A stretch of DNA of 64,000 nucleotides from Eledone cirrhosa (taxonomy: Eukaryota), in NCBI GenBank assembly GCA_964016885.1, contig OZ024742.1, forward strand, positions 103,788,001 through 103,852,000, written 5' to 3'. A program made the translations under genes and the position numbers. The notes beneath the pieces were generated by a model. It had not been told where the DNA came from. It saw only the letters and a program-made list of their open reading frames with translations, and ran no database searches. This document shows positions 35,542 through 49,773 of this stretch, piece after piece. Position 1 is the stretch's first letter; each line of letters begins with the position of its first letter.

Positions 35542-38268
35542 TTATGTGCAGGCATGTGCATGCTTATGTTGAGTGCATCTATATATGAACTTATGTTGTA
35601 TATGTGCATGTGTGTGATATAAATTGTTATACACAGATCTGTTGATTTATGAAAACACATGCTATAGCTAAAGCCAAAGAAACCCACAAATTTGCCAGAC
35701 TCGCTACATCTGATGAGTCTAAGTCGACAAAGTGATTTCATCATCTTACAGTTGCCTGCTTCTTTGGCTATATTAAATAATTGTATTTATCTAATAAAAT
35801 GTTTTATAGCAGTTTTTTTCATGCTAGCACCATCATCATTTGACTTGTTTTCCATGCCGGCATGGGTTCAGTGGGCTTGTTATCGACTGAAACTCGATGG
35901 ATAACTGAGCCATGTTTTACTCATGCATTCCATTTTGACATGGTTTCTACAGCTGGATGCCATTCCTAACACCAACCACTTTACAGAGTGTACCAAATGT
36001 ATTTTATCGTGGCACCAGCACGACCACATTCAAGAGTGTACTGGGAGCATTTTATGACATCAGTGCTACAACTTTACAGTGTGCACCGGATGGATTTTAT
36101 TGCAACACCACTACCACCACGTTCTTGAATATACTGGGTGCATTTTATCATGGTAACCTCACTAGAGAGGTCTTGCAGACTGTTAGAATAACTGCCTTAA
36201 CAGTTTGATGGCCTTACTTACTGCTAAATAGTCAAATGTAAAATAAGAATGGAACCTATTGTCAACCGATGGACAGGTTTCAAGCTACAAGTGGTGACTT
36301 CAACTTCAGCCATTCTGCCTCATAGCTGCATAAATATAACAAACAAACACAATTCAAGAATTTATGTGATCTACATGATAAATGCACTCAGTTTACTCTG
36401 AAAACCAGTCTAGCAAAAGGTTCTTTAGTTGTGTCAAAGACATGACAATCTCCATAGTATCAATGATCTATATGATTATTGCAGCCAGTACATGCTATGA
36501 AGTGGTTGGTGATTAGAAGGGCAACCAACCATAGGAAAACGTGAAGGACTTTTCAGCTGTGTTAAGGACATGAAAACTAGTGTTGTTGTCAAGATAAAAT
36601 GCACTTGATAGAACACAAGATTGTATGTTGAGTACCCAGTCCACCTGGAGGTCAGTGACTCTGCTTGAGCACTGACCAGTCTCTGACATGCCCAATCCTA
36701 GCTAGCAGGGAAATTGGATACTAACCAATGATGACAACAAATAAAGATCTGGCATTATAATCTACATTACATTTCTACATCTGCTTGTTTAAACAAGCAT
36801 GTTTCAGCAATTTGACACAGTGTTGTAAAGCCATTATCAAAGTAAAATACATAGGCAATGGTCTGACATTGCTGTGATGCAATAAAAACTAGGGTAATCA
36901 TAGTAATAACAATTACAGCAGCTAATCACAGTTACCAACCTATCTAGCACTGCACTGAGACAATAAACAATGATTAATGCAATATAAAGCCACAAGCATG
37001 AAGAGTTAGTTGTGAAACCCTGATCATATCAGTTAATGAGCCTTATCACTAAGTCTGGCAAAGTAAAGAGACAATTGTTGTATTTTTCTTAGGCACAAGG
37101 CCAGTTTTTTTTTCAAAAGAGATGCTTACAGTCCATCCTCTAAGTTGGTCATACTGGTACAAAAACAAAAAAGTACCCAGTCCACCCTGTAAGATGATAG
37201 TGCTGGTGTCACAACAAAAGACCACCCAGTCAACCGTGTAAAATGGTAGTGCTGATGTCATGACAAAAAGCAACCAGCCAACTCTAAAGTTGTACTGGTG
37301 CCATGACAAAAAGTACCCAGTTCACCTAGTAAAGTAGTATAGGTGGTGCCACTAAAAATCTTCCAGAAGACGCCATAATGTGTTTTGGCATTAGGAAGAG
37401 TATCCAGTCATGGAAAACCAAGCTAAAAACGGATTGTATGAGATAGATGTGGCCACCTGACCCGTCTAGCCACGTAACAGCCCAATTAACTCATTCATGC
37501 ATGGAAAATAGATGATGATGATGACCATGATAATCATCAGGATGTAGTACAGTTAATTGAATCAACTTCAGTAAATTACTGGTATAATTAATAAAGATAA
37601 ACAGTAAAGTTGAGCCAAGTGAAACTGAAACTCAGAAGCTAAGATATAAAATATTTAGAACAGCACTCTATGAACTACAACATTACCAGTGTCACATTAG
37701 CTGTTTATATACAACGGGTTGAGAGGGTCTTTCAGTTGTGTCCAGGACATAACAACCACACTAGTGCTGGTTTCTTGATAAAATGTACCCAGTACACTAT
37801 GTAACGTGCTTGGTTTTAGGAAGTGTAACCATCCAAAGAAACCAAAGGAAAGGTTAAAAGGCCTCTTCAGTTGTGTCAAGGATATGACAATCTCTTGTGC
37901 TGGTGCTACAATAAAGTGCATCTAGTCCATCTGAGAGGTCAATGGTTCCAACTAAGTATTGACTTGGTCTGTGGTGACACATCCAACCCTTGCTAATAGG
38001 GAAAACAGATGTTAAATGGTAATGATAATTTAAAAAAAAACTCAAGTAATAACTGTAAGGCATTACTAATCTAGACCAATCCCCTACTGCCATTCCACCA
38101 CCTTTGGTAGCAGAGGTGGTAGTAGATTTCATAGTGGTGGTGGTGGTGATGGTAGTAGTGGATTTCATGATGGTAATGATGACGATGAAAATAACAAAAA
38201 TGATAATTAGAATTATCTTTCTTTTTATTATTATATTAAAAATTGTGATAACAGTTAAAAAGAGTTTA

Positions 38269-38454
<186 letters not shown>

Positions 38455-38978
38455 TTAAACAGATAACAGTAATTGATAAGTCAATAAAACACCCCCAGTA
38501 CACTCTGTAAAATGGTTGGCATTTAGGAAAGGCATCCAGCCATAGAAAACTTGCCATATAAAGTGTTGAGAGGACTCTTCAGTTGTGCCCTAACACATAC
38601 ATATGTTGTTCGATTTTTAAGACAATGTGTAGTGATTTGGGAGAGATGTTACTGCTATCTGTAACAGGTTGAGTGGCCATCTAGAGGCCATAACCTAAGG
38701 GTATAATTCAATAGAGTTGTCACTATAATTACCCAGATATGTATGGACCTGTCACTCCTGATGAAGTTGTATGGGTGTCATTGTGGGGCATTTTAACCTG
38801 GCAGAGCCCATCCCAGACCAGATTTGAACACAGCTGGTTTCTTTCAAAGGAGAAAGAGTAAGAGAGAAAAGGTGAGGAAAAATCAACCCCAATGGACTGG
38901 TACTTCTTTTATTGACTTTTATGGAATTTGAACCCAGAGCACAGAGAGCTGGAATTATTACCACAAAGCTTTCTATCA

Positions 38979-39200
<222 letters not shown>

Positions 39201-40689
39201 TCAATTTAAATAAAACAACAAACAATATACCACAAAGATAAACCAACTAAACTATAACGAACCAACAAAGAAGCCTCTATGCTCAAAATACTAAAACATA
39301 ACAGCCAAATCTCCCTCATATCACACCCTAATGCTATAACCATTTTTTTATACCAAACTGTCCCAAAACCATTTCTAGTTCTATCATTCAAAGGTGATTA
39401 TTTTAAAAGTGTTTACATTTATCTAAAACCTTCCATCATAACTTTATGTAAGAACCTTTAAGTTATGTTCCAAACACCAATTTAATAATGAGAACTTTTT
39501 ATTATTTTCAAATAACTAATGTCTTTTGTTAAAAATATGGTAATGAAAGGGTTAAAAGAGGATTGAATAATAGATACATTCTGCTTGTAAATATAATGAG
39601 ATGATTATGGATTTGCTTAATCAGAGCTGACTTGAAGCTAAGCAACAACCATCTCCAATATTCAGGTATTTACACAATATTTTGAACATTTCACTAAAGA
39701 AGATTTGACAGGGTTTTCATAAGAAAGCATGTCAGATATTTAAAATTTATAAATGGCAATGTCTTCCAGTTATCATTATTACAGCATTCAAATGCTGTTT
39801 AACTTCTGGTCAGTTTTCATTAAGTAGATCTATGATCAAAGGCATTCCAGATATGGTCATCCAGCCATTCTCTTCCAGGCATAATGTCCACCAAAATACC
39901 TTACCTAATGTATCATTCTTTAAGTAGAGTGTAAGTTGTGGGAGAATTGGTTGCTATTTCTAGCAGATTTATCAATTACCTTTAATGTTTTTTTTAAAGG
40001 ATATATGAATTAAAGTGACGGGATTTTTTTTAAAACTTAAATTTGAATAAGTTTCTCTTAATTTTACTTTGGTAATTACACAATAGTCATTCATTCCAAC
40101 AAAGAATTTCCCCAAGTCAGACGTGAGATGACAGCAGCACCCAGCTGATCATTAAGACAATTCTGGTAGACTGGGATCCCAGAGTCATAACATCTGATGC
40201 TAGACTAGCATGCTTTCAACACTGAAGAAGACAGGTTTTACTGTCAGTATACTGCCAAGATGGCCTGTAAGCAATTCTGACTGGAGAGTATCCATACACC
40301 TAATCCTTACAACAAAAAAAAGTCAGAATTACTGTTTTATAAATTTGAGTTTTAAAAGAGGAACCAAGCAACTCTTGTTTAGAATTTTAATGGCTGTGTC
40401 CCAGTTTTTAGAATAGGTACATCATATCTCTGTGTTATATGAGGCAACTAAAAGGAAAGAGCATCCAGCTAAAAAACACTGTCTGGAACTATCCTGTCTA
40501 AACCAACCAGGCTAGTATGGAAAAGTGAACATAAAAGAAATGATGATGAAAATTATAATAACTAGCAGAAAAATCGCCCTTTGGGCAGTTTCCTGTTAGT
40601 ATATGTAGTGTGCATATTGGTATTATATGCAAATATATATGCATATAGATATATGTAAATTGAAAAGTAAATTGACAATATCTTCTTCA

Positions 40690-41270
40690 CCCACTTATTT
40701 CTGAGAGGGTCGTGGGGGCAGAGTCATTCTCAAACACTCCTTCCAGCGAGTCTGTCAGTAGCAAACATATCTAACTGATCCAGCTGGATCCCAAAGCATG
40801 ACCAGCCAAGCTCATGGATGTTATCCAACTATCTTGCTCAGGGTCTACCTCTTGGTCTCTTGCCAGTTGATTTTGCCTGTAAAATGTGTCCAGCGATCCT
40901 TTACTGAGACATTCTAACCACATGCTCATAATCTGAGTTGTGATCTCTCAATTCGGAGAAGAAGCGGCCTTACCAGGAGCGACTCTCTGGTCTCTGAGCT
41001 ATGCACTTTATCGAGTAACGTTACTCCAAAGACCCTTTGGAGGTATCCCATTTCTGCCGCTTTTATTTGCAATTGTATTCTTTTGGTCATTACTCAAGAT
41101 TCATGATACTCGGTAAAAGTTGGCAGGAATACCAGGAAGACAGCGAGTTTGGCTTTTACATATTCTGATTGCTGAGGCTGGCGCATTACTGCATCACCTT
41201 TTGCAATTCTTGCACTTAATGCAGCCTCCTGCATTCCATCACTCGTGAACACGGCTCTAAGAGTTTCAGT
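40690..41270 (-). mobile_element. RTE family B 3' fragment; a smaller piece lies at ~26550-26770
   Basis: Reverse complement resembles 22600-23160 (VFTSDG, ARIAK, AKLAVF, AAEMGYL). Confidence 0.8.
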
Positions 41271-41499
41271 AGAACTCCATTCACATGTATATAAATTTGA
41301 GGGACTTCTGTCCACCCGTCCATCACGCAATGTGTATGTGTTTGTGTGTGTGTAAAAGGAAGGAAAGGGATACACACATATATATGTCTAACTTAAAAAC
41401 AGTGACACACACACACTAATTTATGAACACCGACAAACTCACGCGCGTGCACATACACACACTGTATTATTACCACTTAAGAGCTTTGTCCCGAGCAAA

Positions 41500-42135
41500 C
41501 ATCCCCTCAATTTTGGAACCATCTGGGTTGTCCTGAATTGATGGGAAAAGACTTTACAGTCTTACTCTGTTCTCCTGGTCAAGAGGCAGGTGCCTTACCT
41601 GGGACGTCACAGTTAGTGACTCTTTTGCTTGTTCCCACATTCTGGATGCAGCAGTAAGGGCAAAAGCTACAGCATCCACAGCTAAACAGAACAAAATCCT
41701 AAAAAATCGTGTTCTGTCAGCTAACTACATTATCCAGCCTGTGGCATTCGAGACATTTGGGGGAGTCGGGCTACTGAGAATGTGATTCTTATCTTCACTG
41801 GCAGCTCGCCAAACAGAGGTAACTGGTGATGCTCATGAGGACACTTGATTGTTCCAGCACCTCAGCGTCGCCATCACCCAAAGTAATGCTGTGAGCATGC
41901 TGGCCTGCCTCAAAAATTATTAGAGAGGTTTCCCAGTGCTCCTTGCTATATTGCTATCTTTTGCTCTGGTAGCAGCTCGTTTTCCCACTCTTTCGCCTGC
42001 ATTTTATTCTATGTGGTCTAAGATGTGTGTGTATTTTTTCTTTGTTCTTTTCCTTTCCCTTTCCTTTGTATATATTATGTTTTGTTAGTGTTTTCGTTCT
42101 GTAACCATTATATTAAATAAATTTAAAAAAAAAAA
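41500..42135 (+). mobile_element. 3' fragment of a CRE-like RLE retrotransposon with an A-rich tail
   Basis: DGKR, RCLTWDVTVSDSFA, PVAFETFG, LFQHLSVAI motifs; aataaatttaaaaaaaaaaa tail. Confidence 0.72.
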
Positions 42136-43918
42136 GTTAATAAATAAATAAAACGTTATACTTGTTTTCCCCTCCCATTTCCAATTCATCGAACGCTGCT
42201 ATCACGACTGTGTGTGTGTGTGAATGTATGTATGTTTGTGTTAATGTATGTGTATTTGTGTGAAAGTATGTGTGAATGCATGTGTATTTGTGTGAATGTA
42301 TGTCCGTGAGCATATATTTTTTATAAGTTTGTGTTTCGCGATTATAGTTATATACTCATAATAGTTATATACTCATATATATATAGACATATGTATGTGC
42401 ACACTCATACGCGTCAGCGTGTAGAAAATCATAATCTCTATCTCTCTCATCACACACTCTCTCTTTCTATATATATGGCAGTTGAAGTGGTGGTGGTGGC
42501 GACGATATACCGGAAGTGTAGAAATTTGAAACTTTGAAAAGAAGTCAATTTTAAATTATTTATGTTAACGAAATTTAGTACCTAATGTAATATTCATTCA
42601 TCATTTATTCAAAGTAATCCAACCTATTTTACTAACTGGATTAAAAGGAAATAAACCGTATGCAGTCCCACAGTCCTTACTTTATTATAGTTTAGATAAT
42701 CAAACAAAGTATCCGTGATTTTTCTGTGGAGCCTCTGAGACTGATGGGATAAAGGAAGGTAGATACCACAATTTATAGGTTATCTTTACACTAGAAATGT
42801 AATCCAAATGTTTGCAATAATGAGCTCCAGTAAAAACACCAAGGACCAGATAGTATAGTGTTAAATTGGGAGACAGGATTAAGTCTATCACCCAAGAACA
42901 GGTACAGCCCATCTGATGAACTACAAAGTTTGCATCTATTCAACTTCACTAACAGGACCTGGGTTGTACCATTTGTTTTTTATAATTTTTATGTTTACAA
43001 TTTCTACATGCAATTTACTATTTGGAAGATTTATGTAAATTTTGGCATCTGAATATTATTATTCATTTTCATGATTCAAAGTCTGTTTTCTTGTTAGCAA
43101 CAGTTGGAGGAGTCACCCCAAACCAAGTCTGTACTTAATGAAATCCACTGACTGCTCAGACTAACTTGGGGCAGCATCTCACATATATTCTTGCACGCTG
43201 CAGAATGTACCAGATGCATTTTATCACGAGACCAGCAATAGCGAGATTGTCATGTCCTTGACACAACTGACGAGTTCGCTTGACCTTTTGTTAGGCAAAA
43301 TTTTCTGCAGCTGGATGTCCTTATCACCAGCCACTTTACAGAGTGTACTGGATGAGTTTTATCATGTCACCAACACTGGAGAGGTTGTTGAGTCCCCTTT
43401 TTTATTTATTTTGTAACAGAACATTCCCAACTGCTAACCATTCAATCATGGAATATGACTACAACAGACAGATGTTCCTTGCTTAATATAGAACACCTTG
43501 TTTGTATATAACAAAATATGTAGACAGCAAGTTGAATGAGGTAACTCTAAACTACCACTACTTCCCAGACAATACAACTTTATATTACAAAGTAACATGG
43601 TTGTAGATGAAATAGAAGCATAGCCTATATAATTCAAGCATCCATTGGATTATCTCTACAACAACAGCAAACTGGCTGCAGCAAAGTATAAACTTAGATA
43701 TCAAATATCCATAGATAATGTCCTCTCATTGCTAGCAGGGAGAATGGAAGTCAAATGATAATGGTGATGAAAAATGTAAAAACAAAACAAACAAAAAAAT
43801 AATAAGCATTTTATCATCAACTAAACTGATAAAACACCATGAGATGACCAATTCCAGTGAGTTTGAACTATAAAGATAGTAAATTATTGGAAGCAAACAT
43901 CAAAATATATTTAATCTA

Positions 43919-44038
<120 letters not shown>

Positions 44039-44659
44039 TTACAGGTATCAATTACAAAAACAAACATCAAATGATATCTAAATTTACCTCAATTACAGGT
44101 ATAAAATCAATACACACATACATATACATACATGCATACACATATACACACATAGATATATTTTCTTCTTCCCTTTCTCCTTTCTTCCTTTATTTCTTTC
44201 TTCCTCTTCAAGCTCCCTTACCCTCTTCCCATGCACATGTGTGTGTGTGAGGTGTGGAGACAACCAAATGGATTCCCTCCATCTCCAACCCTCTTCCCTT
44301 CACCCTCTCCCCCACCCCATTGCTAGCCACTGACTGACCTTCTACTCAGGCTAGACTGAGAATGGGCAAGGTGATGAGAGTTGACCTCAAGTCGTTGAGA
44401 CTCAGAGAAATGACGAAGAAAAGGAGAGATGCCGTGCTGAGAAGAACCCATCCAACCTATGCAAGCGTGGAAAAACAGACGGAAAAACGATGACATGTGT
44501 GTGTGTGTCATCATCATCATCATACGTCCGCTTTTCCCTGCTTGCAAGGGTGTTGTTCATTTTTCAACCTGCCTGACCAACAATATGCGCTTTCTCTCTT
44601 CCCTACCCATTACTGTTTCTTTTACTCTCAAAAAAATCCTCTCTTTACTCTTTTGTATA

Positions 44660-44695
44660 TCTTCTGATGAAGGGCTAGTATCTGAAATGTTGAGA
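44660..44695 (+). ncRNA. Degenerate minimal hammerhead motif, same family as 4998-5033
   Basis: TCTT-CTGATGA-AGGGCTAGTATCT-GAAA-TGTT-GAGA. Confidence 0.55.
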
Positions 44696-44724
44696 CACTC
44701 TTCCAACTAAATCAAGTGTTAGAC

Positions 44725-45015
44725 CAGTCATGGGCAACCTGCAGCCCATGAAGCTTTCTGAATGGCTCACCTAAGTCACCTAAATGAAATCTTTCTGATT
44801 TTTTTTACCCCAACTTTTCAGCCTAATTTATCTTTCTATCATTTTTACGATCGAGGAAAACAACGTGTACAAATTCTGAAGAAGCAAATCAAAACAACCT
44901 GAGTTACCGCCATTTTTTTTTATGTGGGCATGAATGTAGATTAGCGCCTGTGGCCCGCCTGATGATGAGCCATATCTCATGCGACTCACTTCTCGAAAAA
45001 GGTTGCCCATGCCTG
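44725..45015. mobile_element. hAT MITE (291 bp) with 8-bp TSD
   Basis: TIRs CAGTCATGGGCAACCT / AGGTTGCCCATGCCTG; TSD TGTTAGAC at 44717-44724 and 45016-45023. Confidence 0.9.
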
Positions 45016-45226
45016 TGTTAGACTAATATACCCCACAATAAAGTGACCAGTCCACACTGCAAAGTGGTAGTGTATGTTTTACGACAAAGCACCCAATAAA
45101 CACTGCAAATGTGGTTGGCATTAGGAAGGACATCCAGTCATAGAAACCATGCCAAAATCAGTTCAGTATGAGCAAGACATGGTCATCTGACCTGGCTTGT
45201 CTCACAACAGGACAGTTCATCTAATC

Positions 45227-45325
45227 CAGAGTTTCTCAAGGTGGGTGCTGCCCCCCCCCCCCCCGCCCTCCGCAGGATGGGGGGGGGGGGCATTGAGAAG
45301 GGGGAGAACATTTTGAGAACCTCTG
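45227..45325. mobile_element. Tiny hAT (Charlie-like) MITE inserted in a SINE
   Basis: TIRs CAGAGTTTCTCAA / TTGAGAACCTCTG; TSD ATCTAATC / ATCTAACC; internal polyC/polyG. Confidence 0.82.
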
Positions 45326-45673
45326 ATCTAACCCATACTAGCAGGGAAAATGGAAGTTAAATGGTGATGATAATGAACATATACACACACATAAGCAGAA
45401 ATAAAAGAGAGAGTGTGTGAGTTTACAGAGAGAAAAAGAGAGAGAGTGAATGTGTGTGTTTAGAGAGAAAGAAAGAGAAAGCATGTTATCATCATTATGG
45501 AGGTTTAACATCCACTTTCCACACTAGCATGGGTTAGATGGTTAGCATGATATATATGCATGTACATGTGCTTAAGCAGGAATGCAAATAAATAAAAGAG
45601 GTATTTTTTACCTTAGTAAAAAAAAAAAAAAAAAAAAGTGAAAATATCAATTTCCCAATACAGAAGAGACTTA

Positions 45674-45865
<192 letters not shown>

Positions 45866-46959
45866 TTATGCATTATTAAAGACTTTTATAGAGGTGATAG
45901 ACATTCAGAGTAGTAAAATAATGAAAACATCAACTATAATGTTGTGTATGTTGGTATTATTCATCATCATCATCATCTTCGTTTAACGTCCATCTTCCAC
46001 GCTAGAATGGGTTAGACGGGCATTATTTATATATATATATACTTCTGTCTGTAAATCTTGAAAATTTACACACACAATGCATTTCCTATCACAGTCATAT
46101 TGCTACAATAAGAATTTCACTTTCCAATCACAAGGTCCTGGGTTCTAACTTTATATATGCCCATGTAAATAGTTATTTCTCCAAAGTTATTTATACATTT
46201 AATCCTGTATGTCATTTGTACATACATGCTGAAAATTTATGACATTATATCCTGCAAATTAATTATCAAAATATCGTTTGTATCTTTAATCACTTCCATG
46301 TATCAATAATCAGCATAAATTACAGTGTTTCTCTTATTAAAACACAAATTTCCCAGTTTATGCCATTGTTCATATATTCGATAATCCTGGTGTATCCTGG
46401 ACTCCCAAAATTAAATGCATTCAATGTTATTACTGTCATTATTGGCAGCTTGGGTTCACTTGTATAACAGTGAAATGAATGTACATTGAACCATTTTTTT
46501 AATTTCTTAGTGTAGGCCAAACATTTGATACCAAACCACTTGAAACAGTAGATTGAGTCTACAATACAAAAGTGACTGTTTTTAAGTTTTTATATTTATA
46601 TAGAAACCTTCCATCATAATTCTATATAAAAATCTTTGCTAAATTATGCACCATCAGTTTAATAAGTTAGTTGTATTACTAAATCCCCCCCAAATTCCGG
46701 ATTATATTTTAAATCATTTGAAAATTATAGGCAGTGTATTTCATTAGAAATATGGTGACAAAAACGTTAACTGCTAAACAGCAGATAATGTCAGAACAAG
46801 TCAACATTAAAATTAACTGATGAAAAAGTATTTTCATTTTATGAATCTTTGTTCAAACACCTAACTAGTCATAATTCTTATATATTTATCCAAATATCTA
46901 ACAACTTGTCACATTTTCTTGAATACATACCCAAACATCTAACAATTGGTAACATTTCA

Positions 46960-47403
46960 TTAACTCTTAACATCCTACAATAATTTAGTAGATTTCTAAA
47001 AATGTATCTGTAAATTTTTAAAAAATTTTATAGTAACTTTATTTGTGGTTAGACCACAATGAAAATTTGTAGTGTAAGACTAAAGACTTTAATATTTAAT
47101 GTGATGCAGTCAATTATACTGAAAATAATGTTTTGCATGCATAGTTAATTTATTACAAATGTTTAAAGTATCTTCACTTGTGGACAGATCATTGTGAAAA
47201 TTTGCAGTACAAGACTAAAGACTCTAGTATTTGATATGATGTAGTCAATTATCCTAAGAATAATGCTCTGGGTGTATGGTCGTTCATTTATTACATAATA
47301 ATTAGAGTTATTCCTCTTATATTAGAGAGTTCATCGCTATATTGAACGTTTTGAGAATATTTTGCTGTTGTGTTTTTATACAATGTAGGATGTTAAGAGT
47401 TAA
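46960..47403. mobile_element. TTAA-flanked MITE (piggyBac-like); partial relative near 56403
   Basis: Perfect 20-nt inverted ends TTAACTCTTAACATCCTACA / TGTAGGATGTTAAGAGTTAA. Confidence 0.82.
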
Positions 47404-47858
47404 ACAATTTAGTTTAATGATGTGTGGGTGAATGAGGGGGGGGGGGGTTAATGAGTAAGTGAGTGAGTAACAGTAGGCCACATATCATTCAGAAATCATT
47501 TTTAAAATATAGATGTGAAAAGAAATATTCCCACATTAGGAAACAGACAATATTGTAGAATTTAATAGATCCTATGAAACAAAACTATTAATTTTAAAGA
47601 GACCCTATTTAAATTTAAATTTTTCAACATGATTTAATATTTAAACTACATGTTAAGTTACTATATATTAGTTATGACATAATTCATAAATTAATAATTA
47701 GTAAATCCTTCAAAGTTCTTCATTAACTAAACGAAATGGAGGGTGTTTCATATCAAATAGTCATGAAAGGGTTAATTTAGCTTTGCTGTATTTTCATATT
47801 TCAATAAAAAAAAATATTGGAATGATCAAAGAATGAAAAAAAAAACAGACTACCTCAC

Positions 47859-47936
47859 CTGTACAATCCAATCACTGTTGGCATTTGCCATAATTTCTCT
47901 TTCTTCCCAGAAGAAAGCTGAATCAGAACGTTTTAT
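47859..47936 (-). CDS. ROCK: ROCK exon (78 nt): IKRSDSAFFWEEREIMANANSDWIVQ
   Basis: ctag/gtgagg boundaries; ROCK-diagnostic alphaC sequence. Confidence 0.95.
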
Positions 47937-48034
47937 CTAGTTGCAGAAAATAAGAAATAAAAGAGACATTCAGTTTTAGAGTTTAGAACTTTTTTTTTGT
48001 AGAGGGGAATGGATTGTTCAATAATCTACAAGAA

Positions 48035-48158
48035 TTGGACTGGGCTGGATTGGACTAAACTGGACTCAACCAGACTGAACTAGATTGGACCTGATTGGAC
48101 CAAACTGGATTGAACAGGACTGGACCAAACTGAACTGGATTGACCCAGACTGGACTGA
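48035..48158. repeat. Degenerate pentanucleotide (TGGAC/TGGAT)n repeat
   Basis: Visible 5-nt periodicity. Confidence 0.8.
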
Positions 48159-48344
48159 GATATAGATAAAACTGTTCTAATTCATTGATCAATGGAAGAG
48201 CCTGCTCATAAAATTAACATGCAAGTGGGTGAACATTCCACAGACATATGCACCCTAAATGTAATTCTCAGGGAGGTTCACATGATAGTGCGTGACAAAG
48301 CTAGAGCAACATGAAAACTTAATGAGAATAAAATAGAACCTTAC

Positions 48345-48404
48345 CATTTCATATTTACTGAGCAATTTCATGGCAAACACCTTTGAAGAAGATATATGCC
48401 GCAC
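48345..48404 (-). CDS. ROCK: ROCK exon (60 nt): VRHISSSKVFAMKLLSKYEM
   Basis: ttacag/gtaagg boundaries; AMK catalytic lysine. Confidence 0.95.
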
Positions 48405-49773
48405 CTGTAAGAAGAAATGAATGAGAATTAAAGTATTGGACATTTTGAAGAGAAATGGTGGAGGTTCATTTAATATAATTGGCCTAATAGTTAAAGACTC
48501 CTAATTATAAGATTATGGGTTCATTTCCTTCACCAGGCGCACGGTGTGTTTTTGAGCAAAATAATTTCATAATTTCATAAGATATCGAAGGCAACCCATC
48601 TAGAAGAGCAGTTACCCTGAATTGAGACCGATACAGGTTAGAGAAAACTTCTAAGTCCTGACAGACATTCTCTTTAGTGCTGATGGCATGATAAAATGCA
48701 TCCAGCTAGAAAATTTCTGCAAAAAAATTACCATGCCTGGCACAACATACAGCATTGAAAATAATTGCATACAAAGGAATGAAGAAAGGCTATCCAGTAA
48801 AGGGCCCATGCAAACATGGAAAAAAAACAGGACTAGAATGATGACGTCTGCTTCTGTTATTAAGAAGAATACTCTGAAAGTGTAGTGGCTAGAGTAAGAA
48901 GACTGGAGGATCCATTATCTGTACGGGGCTCAGTTTTGATACACTGGTATGGGGTATAAAACTGAATCCTCTTAGTAAGTTTGGAGCTTTACAATATATT
49001 TAATAGGTATTCCTGTAGAGCTCCGTGGAAGGAGTAACATGCACACTTTGCTTGATAATTTTCATGTCAAAATACATTTTTTGTGGACAATTATATATTA
49101 TTTGAAAGTTTGGATGTGAAATTTCTTATGTATTTTTTATCAAAATCTGACACTTTCATTATCATGCCAGGTTGTGAAGTCAATACAGCATTTGCCAAAG
49201 CTTAAAAGTTAACCGAAGTGTTACTAACGGTCCTGTTAAAGAGTGTTAGTGATATTTATCAATAAAATTGTTCAATTTTATTTAATCATTAATCAAACTT
49301 TCTTAGAATTGCATATAGGCCTAGATTAAAAAGCAAAAAAAAATGTGAAAACTAATTCCTGTAACCAAACTCATTAGCAGGAATGAGAGAAAAGAAAAAC
49401 GAATCAACACTACTTGTGAAAATGATCAAGCAAAAAGTAGATTTTTCATGGTCAAACTGTGCACGTTGCTCCTTTTCAGAACTCTACTATGATATCTAAT
49501 AGAAACAAACAATGTAGATCTACCCCATAAACATACAGAGCATGGAGCCACTACATAAATACATATCAATGCTATGTAAAGATATGTTTAATACAGACAT
49601 ACAGAACATAGAGCTACTACATAACGAGATAATAATGCTATATAATGTTTAATACAGACATACAGAACATAGACCTATTCGTAAAACAGATAATTCATTT
49701 CTGCTACAAAACACACATGCGTGTGACAATACACAGATTCAAAAATGGATATATATATACTGGTCCCTCCACA

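Noticed and set aside
35705-35740. Possible fourth hammerhead CTGATGA-GTC-TAAGTC-GAC-AAAG
   Set aside because: It lacks the GAAA core and a convincing stem I. At best it is a dead relic.
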